DNA of 63,596 nucleotides, filler included, from Basidioascus undulatus (Eukaryota), in the NCBI GenBank assembly GCA_000826855.1. It is 6 parts of 6 records of this genome, joined end to end, with 100 filler letters (N's around TTAATTAATTAA, not from the genome) between each part and the next. Parts side by side here need not be neighbours in the genome. Positions count along the whole stretch, not along the records: positions 1 to 27,588 come from JTLS01000161.1; 5 more parts are not named here. One strand, 5' to 3'. Below are positions 1-12,710 of the stretch, one piece after another. Within the stretch, counting starts at the first letter, position 1; each line of letters starts with the position of its first letter. Below the pieces are notes generated by a model. It saw nothing but the letters and a program-made list of their open reading frames with translations. It was not told where the DNA came from and did no database searches. The position numbers and the translations under genes were made by a program.

Positions 1-503
1 ACATAGGGGGAGGGACTGGGGCTTCTGTTGCTGCTGCTGCTGCTTCCGTTTTCCGAGTAAGCAAATCCGCCTATGGTGATCATAGAGAGTACGAAACGCA
101 CCTTGCCCTTCTTAGGCTGGTACAGCGACTTCTGGTACTTTTGCTCCTCCGAAATGCACTGTGTGTGGCCCCTGCCACACCCACGTGCCAGATGAGTCTA
201 CGGGAGCCCTGTGGGGGGAAGGGGAGGGAAGGGAAGGAGAGCGGACGCACTTCCAGCTGTCACCCGGGAAGGTGGTCGAGCAGTCGATGCACGTGAACTG
301 CGCGCCGTGGCAGCTCCGTGCGTGCTGTGCGAGCTTGGGCTTCTTGATAGTGTCGGCCTAGAGGGCGGGTGGATGTTCAAGATCTGCTGATTCTAGATTA
401 CTCGGAGTTTTCACTCACGCAAGCCTCGCCTGCAGCACGGGTCAGTAAGACGAACCAGCTATACGCAGAATGGGCAAGAGCGCGTACACTGGAAAGAGAC
501 CAT
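1..503 (-). CDS. LYAR-type C2HC zinc-finger nucleolar protein (5' part, runs off window start)
   Basis: Spliced reading MVSFQC|EAC|ADTIKKPKLAQHARSCHGAQFTCIDCSTTFPGDSWK|GHTQCISEEQKYQKSLYQPKKGK matches the zf-LYAR pattern. ATG at 503; 11-nt exon at 419-429 between GT-AG introns. Confidence 0.9.
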
Positions 504-1265
504 AGATAGGGAGCGGATGTCGGTCCAAAGCTGGATAAGGGTGTATGAAAATACGGATGGGGTGTGAGTAGGTAGAGAATTTGAGTAGGGGGATCTGGGA
601 GGAGGAAAAGGAGGCGAGGCGAGAAGGCAAGGCCAGAATTTGGTTTTGCCGCGAGCGGCAGAGTCGCGTGGGAAACTTCAGGGCAGGGCGGGCTGAATGC
701 ACACGTCGCACGTTTGTGCTTTTCCTCAACACGAAAACTGGCGTCAAGGCGAAATACACCGCCCTTTGAGGCGAAATCCTGCCCTCTTAACTTAAGAGAA
801 AGAGTAGTTTCTCGCACGTTGGGCAACATTGAGTGTAGAGTAGTCCCAGAATGTCCGGTCCATGATGCCCACGTGTGTCTCGTCTTTTTACCCATTTGAA
901 TGGAACCGAGGCTTGATTCTGTAACTGAACTACTGAATGTGCATTGAGGCTGGTGAGAAGGCCAAAGAAGACGTGCCCCTGAGGAGGAGGGGAAAGCAAC
1001 AATACCCGAGACCTGGCCGAGGTCGCATGGACGAACTGATCCTTCGTAGTCGACGTCGAGGATGCTTCTTGTCCTCCAACCATCACCATCGCGGTGCCCC
1101 CCTCACACAAGCTCATTAACTTACATTCGCTTGCCACTCTGAAAAGCTTACCGTCCGCTCACTGACTGCTTTCAACACATCCCACTGAGCCTTCGCTCAT
1201 TCGAATCCCTCGCACTTATTTCCTCCCGGTCGGGCTCGCTCGCATCCGATCCTTCGCGCTGCAGC

Positions 1266-3882
1266 ATGGCGACGCTCCCCTTCCCCTCTGATGCGCACGA
1301 CTCCGAGCTCGCGCTCTTCTACACGACGCACGTCATCACCATCAGCCATCGGCCCAAGGCGATCGGGCTCGCGTGCCTCTGCGAGTGGCTCAGGTGGTGC
1401 GCCCCCCGCAACGACCGTGTGGCCATAAAGTGTTCGGTTCCCTGGAAGCTTAACATGGGATGCGCTTGGTTGCGGGGGTGGGTATCTTCGAGGCGCTCAT
1501 GCTCTCAGGCGCAGGGGCTCGTACGGCAAGGGCGCGGGCTGGCGGAGCAGGGACGAGGTCTGGCTCGGTTCGGCCGTGACGACGTTCGCGTTGGGCGCGT
1601 TCGGCTTCCACTATATCGCAGTGCGCTTCCTTTTCCTGCCCAGGCCCGACCATATCTGGTGGCTGAAGGTGAGCACACCTGCATCTCGCCAAGACACGGT
1701 CGACCAACCAAGGCTGGCGAGCTGTCGCCTCTCCTGTACCACAGCGGCTTCACCGTCCTCGCGCTCGTCCTGCCCGTCACCCCGTGGGTATCTGTTTCTA
1801 TAACCTGGAGGACCAAGCCGCGCTGTCGCGTAGACGCGTCGTGGTCAGTCCTGCCCTCTCTGGGACCGGTATCAGTCAGTGGAAGCGTTTACCTATTCAT
1901 CCCCCAGGTGTGCGGCCTGGGCATCGGGCTTGTAATCTCTACGATGCACTGTGCGTCGAGTTCCACACCTCCGTGTTTGTCTCGGTGCGTCCCTCCCCTC
2001 TCCCTTCTCAACCATACCACGCGCTGAGAGCGCCCCTCAACAGCGCTACATGCCGCTCAGCATCGTCCTCTCCATCCTCACCTCCTGCACGAGTTCCACC
2101 GTCATCCTCTTCTTCTTTTCCTACTTGCGCTCCGTACGCATCGCCTTCTGCGACCCTTCCCGTGAAGCCCGCTAATGTTCTTCGCGCGTCTCGCAGTCCT
2201 GGCGCGACTCGTGGGTCCGGCGTGTCGGCCTCGCGACGGGATGGGTGGGCGGGATCGCCGGCAAGCACTGTGCGGCGCTATGGGGAACGACGTGCGTTTG
2301 ACGAGATCTGAGCGGACATGTCGCGTAACTGACGGTTCCCCGTGCAGGTGGTTTGTCTGCCGCCGCGTCGTAGAACGGAAGCTGTACGCCGACCTCGTCA
2401 GCGGCCATATGGCCATGAGAACGTACATCATATGTGCGCAATTCCACCCCTCCCGTGGACTTTAAGCAATCGACTGATCAGCGCAACCGCTTCCAGGCAT
2501 CCTCACGTTCACCCTCCTCGCGTGCCTCATCGGCTTTGGCCTCGTCTTCGCGTCCCCCTACAAGGCTCGCGCCGCCCGCCGCGCCACGCGCGAGCGCAAG
2601 ATCATCCTCTGCAGCATCACGCTTGAGGCTGGCACGGGCCGGATGGTGTGCACGCCGGGCGGCGAGGCGCCGTGGAAGGTGCTCATAAACAGGCGAGGAG
2701 GTCGAGGTGCGTTTCGTTCTTTGCTACCTCCTTGAACCCTAGAATCACACTGACATGTGGGGCTCCAGGACCTTATGCTCGTCATGCAGCAGAGCAGCGA
2801 GCTGTTCAATACTCGCTCTCGTGGGTTTGGTCGACCGTCGTCCCTTCCTCCCCCGCATCCGCTCGGAGGCGCTGCAGCCGGCTCGAGCGTGTCGGGAAAG
2901 AGGATCGCCCAGTCTCCTTCTGGCCGGAGCCACCGCGTGCTGCAGATGAGCCGCCTGTGCGAGCTCGAGATGTTCAAGGCGCGCTTCGTCCAGGCTGCCT
3001 GGAGCTGGCTCGTGAAGCACAGGTGCGGCTGTTTTCGCGCTGCCACTGCGTTCCATTAACCGCACACTGAGCGCATTCCCCCCTCTCCCAGCTCGGCGTG
3101 CTGTACGACATACCGTTCGCTTGCGGCTCGCCTATCGTCCCCTCATAACGCCCGCCACTCGGCGTTCACCCCGACTTCTTCCCTCGCGGGTTACGGAATT
3201 CAGAACCAACCGTGTTCGATAGGCCGCTGGATGGCAAATTTGCGCTCAGGAGCCTCTCTTACTTTCCTACTTTGAGCTTGAAACCTTCTCGCGCGGATTG
3301 GCAGCATCGAAGCTCCACCGCCTCCGCATCGTGGGCGGATTCTGCCTTGGCGAGCCCGCTGACATGCTGTTGCTTTCCAATTTCACGTCTCTGACTTCAC
3401 TAGTCCTCGCCTACTCATCGTATGTACCGAGACCGGGCGCCATAGCTCTGCTGAGTGTGGTCCTTGTCAACATGCCTCTGCAGGACTCGGAGGAGTTATC
3501 ATTCCTGCAGGACGAGGTCTCCTCGCCCGTACCCTTCAGGCTGAGGGGAAAAGCGGCTTAAATCTCGGCTTCATTTTTGACTGCACCTCCTCTAGACAGG
3601 GAGCGAGCTACTGGGCACGCTCGAGCTTGATTGATGGCTCCTTATGGGACTGCCCGCCTCTAGCTTGGGAAGAAGCCTTGTCTCGAGGTCAGGAGGAGGA
3701 GGAGGCTCGCTTCTTGTCGCTGGAAGAGAGTGAGTTCCTAACCGGTTACATTTCCATCTAATATTCAAAACCAGACTGTATTAACACAACCTTGTGATCC
3801 CCATTCCTTCCAGATTCACAGCGGCTCAGAAGGGGAGCTTTCGACGAGACGTGGTGTCCTGCGGTCAATGTCGTGTTTGTGA
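1266..3882 (+). CDS. Fungal MHYT-domain membrane signalling protein (degenerate motifs; 3' end approximate)
   Basis: Multi-TM exons GAFGFHYIA, LLYHSGFTVLALVLPV, GLVISTMH and SWRDSWVRRVGLATGWVGGIAGKHC, then IILCSITLEAGTGRMVCTPGG and LEMFKARFVQAAW. This follows the order of fungal MHYT proteins. One junction near 1985-2045 is hard to keep in frame. Confidence 0.7.
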
Positions 3883-4538
3883 ACCAGTGTCAAGAGATTT
3901 TGAAACCTTGAAGAGCGGCGAAATATTAGGAGAATAGTTTTCATGAGACTGGAATGTGGAAGAGCGTGGATGAGATGTCCGCAAAACAGCAGACGCAAAG
4001 CCACAGAAGGCCAAAATTCGGGTAACGTGAATGCAGCGTACCGGCATTGCCGATTGGATTCATTGCCGTCTGGCGGTGAAAATGATCCAAGATCTTCAAG
4101 GGTTTTCCAGTATCTCCTACGTACCTGCTCGCAGTCAGAGAATGGCTTGGGGTGGGCTGCCGAAGCCTTCGGGTTGGCGCAGTCTGCATTTCAACAGCCG
4201 ACAAGTGCTCCCGTCCTCTCTTGAGCGGGGCATGTTGCATCGAAACTGACACAGGCCATAAAGCAAATCTCATTACGCAAAGCCTCTGGCCTAGCCAAGC
4301 GAACGCACAGCTTACACCCAGGACCGACTGACCCAACAGCGCTATGTCGCATGGCCTTGGTCCCAGGAGCGACTGCCTGTCTGGAATGACCCAACGAGCG
4401 TCCGGACATATATACACCTGAGGTTCTGGCCAAGCAAATCCCCACAATGACTTTCTCGCTTCACTTTACTCACTCTACCGATCCCGACAGCACCATCCAC
4501 GCCCCCGCCGACACACCCCACGACCACTCAAGACCGCA

Positions 4539-5514
4539 ATGCGTTTCACCTCGTCCATCCTCACCCTCTCGCTCGTCGCCACCTTGACCCTCGCTGAGGC
4601 TCTCACTGGTGATCAAGAACAAGTGGCCCTAAAGTTGCACAGTGCGTTTTCTTCCTCCCGTAGAGCTGTACGACATCCAAACCTCCTGACACGCGCTCCC
4701 TTGTCCCACTGCAGACGATCTCCGCCGGAAGCACGAGGCGCCCGACTTAACGTGGGACGACTGGGTCGGGGGCGAGGCCTCCAAATGGGCGGCGGGGTGC
4801 AAGTGGGCCCACAGCCATCGGCAGGATCTGGGGGAGAACATCTCGGAGGTTCATCCCTGTAACCTTTCGTATACCGTCAGGCCGACTCAAGGCTGACTTG
4901 TTCTGGACAGGGGCCGCTCATGAGTCTTGAAACTGGGATCCAGATCTGGATTGACGAGGAGGGTGAGTGTATCTTCAAATTCTGGGGATGGAGCAGGAGA
5001 GTTCAGTACTTACAGTCGGGTTCGTTGCTTAGGCAAGTACGACCAAAGCAAGCCGGGTTACTCGCCGGAGACAGGGCACTACACGCAGATGGTCTGGCGT
5101 TCCACCAAAAAGTGCATCCCTCCTTCCCAACTTCAGCCCGGGGGAACGCACTAACATCGTGTCCCTCTCGCTCAGGCTCGGCTGCGCCATGCAATACTGC
5201 CCCAACGGCCTCGAAGGCATCAGCGTGTGTCCTCGTTCTCTGTCCTCGATCCTTCTATCCCCTTGAGTACTGAAAGTCAGTCGGGTGGATATCACAGAGC
5301 ACCCCCGCCAACTTCGTGCGTCGACGCTCATCCAGCGGCTCTCGCAAACTGTGCTGACATTGGGGTGGTAGCTCGTCTGCAACTACGGGCCGCCAGGCAA
5401 CTATGTGGGGGAGAACAACTTCAAGTGCGTTTTCTGTCAATTGAAGTTCTAGAAATAGTTCGGCTGACATCGGGATCGGTGGCGAACTTGGCGAATAGGG
5501 AGAATGTACACTGA
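4539..5514 (+). CDS. Secreted CAP/SCP/PR-1 (Pry-like) protein
   Basis: Signal peptide MRFTSSILTLSLVATLTLAEA; CAP motifs LRRKHEAPDLTWD, HSH..LGENI, GHYTQMVWRST..LGCA and LVCNYGPPGNY across several exons. Confidence 0.92.
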
Positions 5515-5981
5515 GGAATGGGAAGGCGTATTGCGTCGTCTAGGTGGCGCTTTAATAGAGACCCGCTGTTTCATCGTTTATCGTCCGATTGTGTTTTTAG
5601 ACGCAGTATGCCCCGTAGCAGTCCCAAAGAACTTGCAGTGATCTTCCCCATGCTCGGCGACCGATTGTGTGCCGAAAACTTGACAGAGCCCTTCTGCAGC
5701 AGCGTTCTGGCAAGCCATGCCGAAAGTAGACGCTGACCAGAGCAGAATCGTCATAGCTAAGTCAGATCTGTCTGTCTCGTATGTCTACCTTTGCGTGCGA
5801 CAACCTTCAATAGGCAAAGTCCGAGGCTGCACGACGAAGATGTGTACATCGTCGCCTAACAATCCAGCTAAGCCATGACCGCTTGCTTTGATACCAGCGT
5901 CAAGGCGGACAGGGCGACGCCCGAAGTCGTACCTGATCGCACGCCACAGAATCTCTCAACCCTCATGTCATTTACGGCAGC

Positions 5982-6730
5982 CTAAGCATCTTCCTCCAAC
6001 CTCGGCTCTCCCTTCGTCACCTCCCGTTCCTGTCTTCTCATCCTCCACGCCACAACCCCCCCAGCCGCCGCCGGCAGCCCAAGCGCAAGCACGCCAACGC
6101 CCGCCCCACGCAGCCAAAACCACCACTTACCCCTTTCCCCATCTTTCTCGCCTCGCCCAGGGAATGCAACGTGCCCGAGGAAGAAGATTAGGGCCAGGAT
6201 GGCGAGGACGTGCAGGTGTCGGGAGAGGATGAGGCGGGGGCGCGGGTGCCGAAGGAGGAGGGAGAGGAGGGAGAGGATGAAGAGGTAGATCTGCTCGGGA
6301 AAACGGGATGACGTGATATGGACTGGCGTGCTTTGAGCGGGTGAACATGAGAAGGACGCACGTAAAAGGCTAGAAGCGCGAACTGCACTGCATGCTGCCC
6401 TGGTGGACGCCGGCGCTCGTCGAGCACGGCAAAGACCGAGGACAGCACGAGTGCTGCGCATAGCATGACGCGCAAGACAGAGATGCCCAGAAGAGAAGCC
6501 CCACCGTGGAGCTTGACGTAGCCACCCTCAGGAACGGGCTCTGGCTCGGAACGCTGCACGAGCGGATCGGACTCTGCGTGCGATTCCCATGGGGTGGATC
6601 GCCGCCAGAAAAGGCGCCCGAGGTAGGCAAGGAAGCGTTGGAAGGGCGGGGAGATGAGAAGGAGGTGGGAGGTGAGGATCTTGAGGGAGTAGAGGGCGAG
6701 GAGGGGAAGGAGAATGCGGGTGTCCGGGAA
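5982..6730 (-). CDS. Small multi-pass membrane protein resembling the N-terminal extension of basidiomycete ABCC transporters (start uncertain)
   Basis: Two exons with hydrophobic helices (YVKLHGGASLLGISVLRVMLCAALVLSS; IYLFILSLLSLLL..RHLHVLAILALIFF), stop at 5982. No Walker A/B or LSGGQ follows. Confidence 0.4.
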
Positions 6731-7425
6731 CCTGTTTGTGGATTCGGAGGGTGAGCTTCCACCTTCGAATGGATACGGTGGGAATGAATGAGAGCGCCTC
6801 GGTGTTGACGGACCAGCTTGGGAGCGCTGTTGATATGTCCATTGTACTGGTGAGTAAAGCTGTGGTGTATAGTCCTGATGAGGGCCGCGGCTAGAGAGTG
6901 GTTGAGGAAAGAGAGCAAGGGGCCGCTTCGCGAAGTGACGACAACCGCGATAGCGCCTCAATATCTAATCGGATCTGAGATGGAACCTCGACCGATGACA
7001 GCGGCTGGAGTAACAGCGTCAAATGTCAGGTTGTTTCTGGCAATGTCGTGGACAATTGAACCTCCAAAACCTGCATGCTCTAATTAAAAACGCACTCTGT
7101 TTACGTACTCAACGTTGCATGTTCATAGCCGCGGGCTTCGGGCCCGCCTTGTTGCTGCGAACCTGCCGAACCTGGCCGATTGAGCTGGCGCATACGCGCA
7201 TTGGCCAGGTAGGATCAACGAGACATAGTCCACGGATAAGAATGACAGATGGGACAAAAATCAAGCTCAAAGAGATAGTGATGGTAGGGGAACTGTTCAC
7301 AGCTACCTATTATGTTCAGTGAGAAAGCGCTCCGCGAAAGTGTCTCTGGCGATCAATGAAAGCTTTAAAAGACGAGCAGCAAAATATATTTGGGGAACCT
7401 GAAATACCGCGGTACCTCCTCAGAA

Positions 7426-8088
7426 TCAGACGGTCCAAAGCTGGTTCGTGTTCAAGTCCGTGCACTGGTAAGTCTGAAGGATGTTGCCGTTCTCGAGGCT
7501 GGCGTCCGTGAAGTCGAGGCATTGACCTGTGGACGTTGCATCAGAGGCGTTCTGGTTAGCGACATCTTTAATTTCGATGAAGGATGATTTAACGGAAGAG
7601 ATGCCTTGTCCCCCCAATGCAATCCGGTTGTCGTCCGTGTAGAACCACTGTTGCGCTGCCAGGCCGTCGTAGCACTGCCAGATCTTGGCCTCGACGTTGT
7701 TCCCGGCGCTGGCAGCGATGTGAGTGTGAGAAGAGCCACCGGAGTGTCACCTGAGAGACTTACAGGAGCCGGCGTCGAGGCAGAAAATTGTGTTGCCCCA
7801 AAACGACAACGGGCAGGGGAGAAGGAGAACTTACACCCGCACAAGTGTGCCGTTGGTGGGCTGCTCAGCCGTATGACCCACACACTTGTCCAGGTTGCCG
7901 TTGGGATGAATAGTGAACACGGTAGGCTCTCTGTCTGCAATTGTCGTCGACCACATCGACAAGGCAGTGTCCGTTGGCGTGGCCGACGTGCTGGTGAAAG
8001 GGGTCGTCACAGCCGTCGTGGGGACGTTCTGAGGGAGGGCTGCAGCGTGAGCGGCGAAGGCCATGGGGAGAATGGTGAAGGCCAGCAT
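7426..8088 (-). CDS. Secreted ricin-B (CBM13, QxW) lectin with Thr-rich linker; middle exon appears damaged
   Basis: Signal peptide, IHPNGNLDKCV..NGTLV, FCLDAGS, KIWQCYDGLAAQQW, CLDFTDASLENGNILQTYQCTDLNTNQLW. Confidence 0.85.
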
Positions 8089-10457
8089 GATGGGGTGTTT
8101 GGTGTTGTAGTGGCTTTTCAATAGTGGTAGAAGGAAAGTGGTCGACTTGCTGTATGGGGAGACTCCTCGCTGAGGGAAGACGGATTCTTATGCCATCAAG
8201 AGCAGCGCACAACCCGGAAGGCCGGTCAATACTGCAACACCCAAAAAAAGTGAGGTCACTCGTCACTCCGCCTCTGAGATGCGGACGGGCAGCAGGGTTT
8301 GATCTTGCAGCGACAGTAATGTCGCGTACATACTCGTGCACCAGCTCCTTCCTGATAAACAGTATCTGGTTTAGAGCGCCCGTCCGACAGCCTAGCACAA
8401 ACACACTGTCCTCGGGGATCTTTCTGGCCATGTCGAAACCAACGCTCACAGCCTCGCGCCCGTCCGCCGCATAGCCTGCGAGCTGCACGGCAACTTGCCC
8501 GCACTCTCCGCACCGCGCCGCCTTCTCCGTAGCGGTGCACTTGCACGATGGCGGTACCTGATGTTTTAGACGTACGTGTCAAGTTTACAGGCTTGTACCA
8601 CCTTGACCTATTTCTGAAGGTTGATATCTGGTCGTGCAGCAAGCATTGCAACAAGGACAAACCCCGATGCCCGACGCTAGATTCGGAGCGCATGATGAAG
8701 ATTCCTTCCCAAGTGCTAGTCCAAGAAGGGCTTTTTTATTTTTTGTAGAAACGCGCGGTCGCCGAGCCTGTGCTCTCCCACTCCGCGTGTCAACTGCAGG
8801 TTGGCACGATGCGGTCTCAAGACAACCTCCTGCCGTTGTCAAGCAGTGCGTCGGGGAACACACCCCGGTTTTGGTACACTATAGCCTTCAAATTTTTGTT
8901 CCAGCTACAAAAAATTCTCTGACTGAAGAGGTCGGGCTTGAAGCAACTAAGGCTGCCTACCTGAATGCTAGAGCGGTGGAGCCCTTTTGACCAATTGAAC
9001 TGCAATTTCAGAATACCACTGTCATATTGCGGCGAGGCTTCACGGACCAGGTATTCATGCTCTTGGGTACGGCAATCCGCTCGGGACTGCCCGTTGTCTA
9101 TCTTCAGATATATATGCAAAAAGGTAGGCTCCAGGAGTACGACTGCGAGTTCAGCCGTGCGGTTGCTGTTCGCTTGCGACCACAATCCACCGACAGATGA
9201 AAGCGATTTAATCGCAGTTTAGAACACAATATGCGTGCAACAAAAGATTGCCTTAGATTGTATTCGGAAGCATCTTGCCCCACTTGATCTCCACCGCATC
9301 AAACGCGTCGTTTATGGCGCTCACACACGCGTAGCACAAAGTGGCGGGGTCCAGCCTTATGCGACTCTCACTCGACGAAGAGTAAGCAAGTCAAAGTGCT
9401 TTCCTGTCTTGAAGCGCGAGCATTGATCGCAAATGAAAATTCGAGTAATACTCTCGGAGCAAAGATGTTGATCAACGCCGCCGTGACAGTGAGTGGCTTC
9501 GACCGTGCATTCGCCAATCCCGTGCTAGTCCAAGATGTCGATAGCCTGGCGGTAGCGATTGCGGTGGAGCTGCGTGAGGCGATACAGGTACGTCAAAGGC
9601 ATCATCGCTGCCTGCTCCAAGGCCAGCTTGTCCAGATCGAGGTCGAGAGTGAATTTAGACCTGAAGACAACGTCTCACCAGTCCCAACCATGCCGGGTGG
9701 AAACGCAAAGACGTCGAAGGGGTGCGACTCCACGAAAGTGAGGTTGGGCCCACGCCAAACGAGCAGTACCCCGCGAGCACCATACTTCTCTGATCCTCTT
9801 CTAACTTGGTGTATATATTTTGAACGTAGACAGGCGAGATGAAGGCACTGGAGAGCGAGAAATGGTTCTACTAGCCGACGCTATCTTGAAGAGTGTTGAT
9901 CCAGAGAGAACAGAAGGGTGGCGGGGCGGGGCCGGCGGGGGAAGGGGGCCGAAGCTGAGCACAGGCTGCAGCTCATTATATTGGAGCTCAGAAGCACTAA
10001 AAGAAGCCTATGCTAAACAAACAAACAAATCTCTGAGCGGATTCAAGCTCGTCCCAACTCGCCCCCACAATCAGGACTTGCCACCAGACGATGTTTGTCA
10101 GACGTCGACGTTGGCCAGCACTGTCGAGTCAACATCAACTCCACCAGGTGCATCAATAGACCATTTCAACTATAGAGAAAGAGATCTACAGAACACGACA
10201 TACCGCGTTCGAACACGCATCCGGCCTTCATGCGCTCGCCTCTTGCACCGCATTTGGCTTGCATACACCTTGCTTGTTCTGCGCGACGGCATCGAAAAAG
10301 GGCGTACAAAGCTATTTTAAGCCTTTTAATAGCCTTAAATTCCTGTAGGGCTTACGTCTACCGCCAAATGGACGGAAGAGGGTGAACAGACCCGGTACAA
10401 AAACCCTGTCTCCCTACTGCTTTCCACCTCTCCATCTCAGCAACTCCATCTCCCATC

Positions 10458-11431
10458 ATGCGAAGACCCACTCTCCCCCACTCAATCCTGATTATCCTCC
10501 TCGCTACCATCTCCCTCTCCCGCGCAAGCGACCCGACCCCGACTCCCACACCTACCGTCTCGATCCTCGATCTCGACAGCGCCGCCACGCTTCCTCGCTT
10601 GGCGGTCGCTACACCGACAGCAAACGCTATGGCAGCGCCGAGCAACGCTGCCGACGAGGATTCGGATCAGGACGCAGCAGACGACGGAGACGATGAGCAG
10701 GGCGTTGCAGGCAGCGACAGTAGCGCACCGAGCAGCACCGGAGATGACGACGGCCCGGCGGAGGGCGAGGGGACGATCTCGCCTTCAGACGACGAGGAGG
10801 ACGCAAATGATAACAACACGGCTGCGTCAATGACGAGCGTGAGCGCTACGCCTGGGGGAGGTGGTGGAGATGGGAAGGACGGTGAGGAGGGGGGCGGTGG
10901 GGACGAGGAGGACGGCGGCGAGGAGGACGGGGAGGATGGTGAGGATGGGGATGAGGACGAGGGCGAGAGCGAGAGCAACGGCAAAGAAGATCCGGCCAGT
11001 GACGGGCAGTCGGAAGACAACATCCCCGACGTAGGAGAGGCCGAGGACGACTGGGAGGCGGACGAACCGTTCGAGGCCGCGGCCGAGCCTGAGGAGCCTG
11101 ACGCAGACTCGGATGACGCGGATGATGGAGATACGGAGGAGGCGCGCGAGGAGGGCGGAAGCGAGGAGAAAGGGGACGAAGAAGAGGGGGATGAAGGGGG
11201 TGACGAAGGGAAGGACGAAGACCCCGACTTCAGCGACTTCGACGACTTCTTTGACGAGGTGAGTGGTCCATGAAGTTGAAGAGGAAGAACTAAGTAGCTA
11301 GGTAGCTGATATTATGGTTTGTTGGTCAGGAAGGCGAAGGCGAACTTGGGGAGAATGATAAAGATGGTGCGGACGCGGGTGGAGGTGTCGGAGGTGAGGC
11401 TGGAGGCGACGAGGATGGCGGGAAGGAGTGA
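10458..11431 (+). CDS. Secreted, extremely acidic (D/E/G-rich) low-complexity protein
   Basis: 271-aa ORF with signal-peptide-like N-terminus and PTPTPT; GTGAGT donor near 11259 and a final exon EGEGELG...GGKE*. Confidence 0.75.
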
Positions 11432-11530
11432 GGACGAGGACGCCGGCAGTTGAGCGAGCTGTAGAGAAGGATCGAGGAGATGTAGAACAATAGATTGGTC
11501 AAAGATAACAATCGCGGGCATGCGTCGCAG

Positions 11531-12710
11531 TCAAGGTGTACCTCCATCGCGCTCCCAAGCTGTACAGCCCGTGCGCGTCCAGAATGCACAGCAGTGCTCG
11601 CCCTCCGCCTCCTCCTCTGCCCTGTTCCTCAGCGTCTCCACATCCTCAGCATACCGCACCACGCGCTGGAACTGCGCGTCCGTGACCCATCCGAGCGAGT
11701 CGATCGCTCGTAACACCGCGAGCTGCAGCTCGCGCGGGAGGTCCAGCACCCCAAAGTGCCCATGCTCGTGTTCGTCACTTCTGTTGCACTCCGGCGCAGG
11801 TGCACCATGGAGGACAACCCGCGCAGCAACGAGGATCCTGCACGCCGCCTCACGCACGGCGTCTCCGCGTTCGGCGTTGCGCGTCAGCGCAGCACGCATG
11901 ACGGTCATGCGTGCGTCGGACCCAGGGCCCGTGAGCGGGCTCCCCGGGACGTTCCCTGCGAGCTGGCAGTCCCACATCCGCGTGCTCTCCCACACGGACC
12001 AGATCAGATCCTCCACCCCGGGGGCGCCGAGCGCGTTCTGGCTCACGTCGAGGCGGGACAGCGGGACGCGCGCGCGGGCGCGCACGAGCGACGAGAGGAG
12101 CGGCGCGTGCGAGGGGGTTAGACATGCGGCGCTGAGGGAGAGATCGTAAAGGTGTGGGGTGTGCAGGTGCGTGAGGAGATGCGTTGTGGAGGATGGGATG
12201 AGCGGGTTCCGATCCAGAGATAGCGAGGCGAGGTGGTGCGTCCGCAGGAGCGCGACGAGATCTGGGATCGAGGTGCCCTGTCGTTCGTTTCAACACCCTC
12301 AGCGCACCTGCTTCCACAACACGGATAACAAGAAAACGCACCGTAATCCCATTATCCCTCAACCTCAGTTCCCTGAGCCTCCTCCCCGCCCTCGTCGTGC
12401 CCATCCACCTTACAATCGCCTCCAGCCCCTCATCCCCAACCTCACACCCAAGCAAATTAAGCGTCTCAAGATTGTCCAGCTCGAGCTGCTGTTCGTCGAT
12501 CCCGCGCAGGAGCGCACGCACGCCCTCGGACCCGAGCGGGTTCTGGGTGATGCTGAGGTTGCGGACGAGCGGGCGCTCGCGCAGGCTGGACAGGATCACG
12601 TCCGCCCCTGCTTGTCCAGAGAGCGCGCGGTTGTGCAGCCAGAAATTCGTCTCGGTGCGCAGCTCGGCGGTGGGCGAGCTGGGCCAGGTGGGCAGGGTGA
12701 GCGCGGACAT
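11531..12710 (-). CDS. RNI-like leucine-rich-repeat protein
   Basis: Repeats LSITQNPLGSEGVRAL, LETLNLLGCEVGDEGLEAI, LRELRLRDNGIT and LDVSQNALGAPGVEDL; one intron near 12280-12340. Confidence 0.8.

Noticed and set aside
8100..10400. Several 100-200 aa ORFs
   Set aside because: No recognisable motif, consistent exon chain or coding bias.
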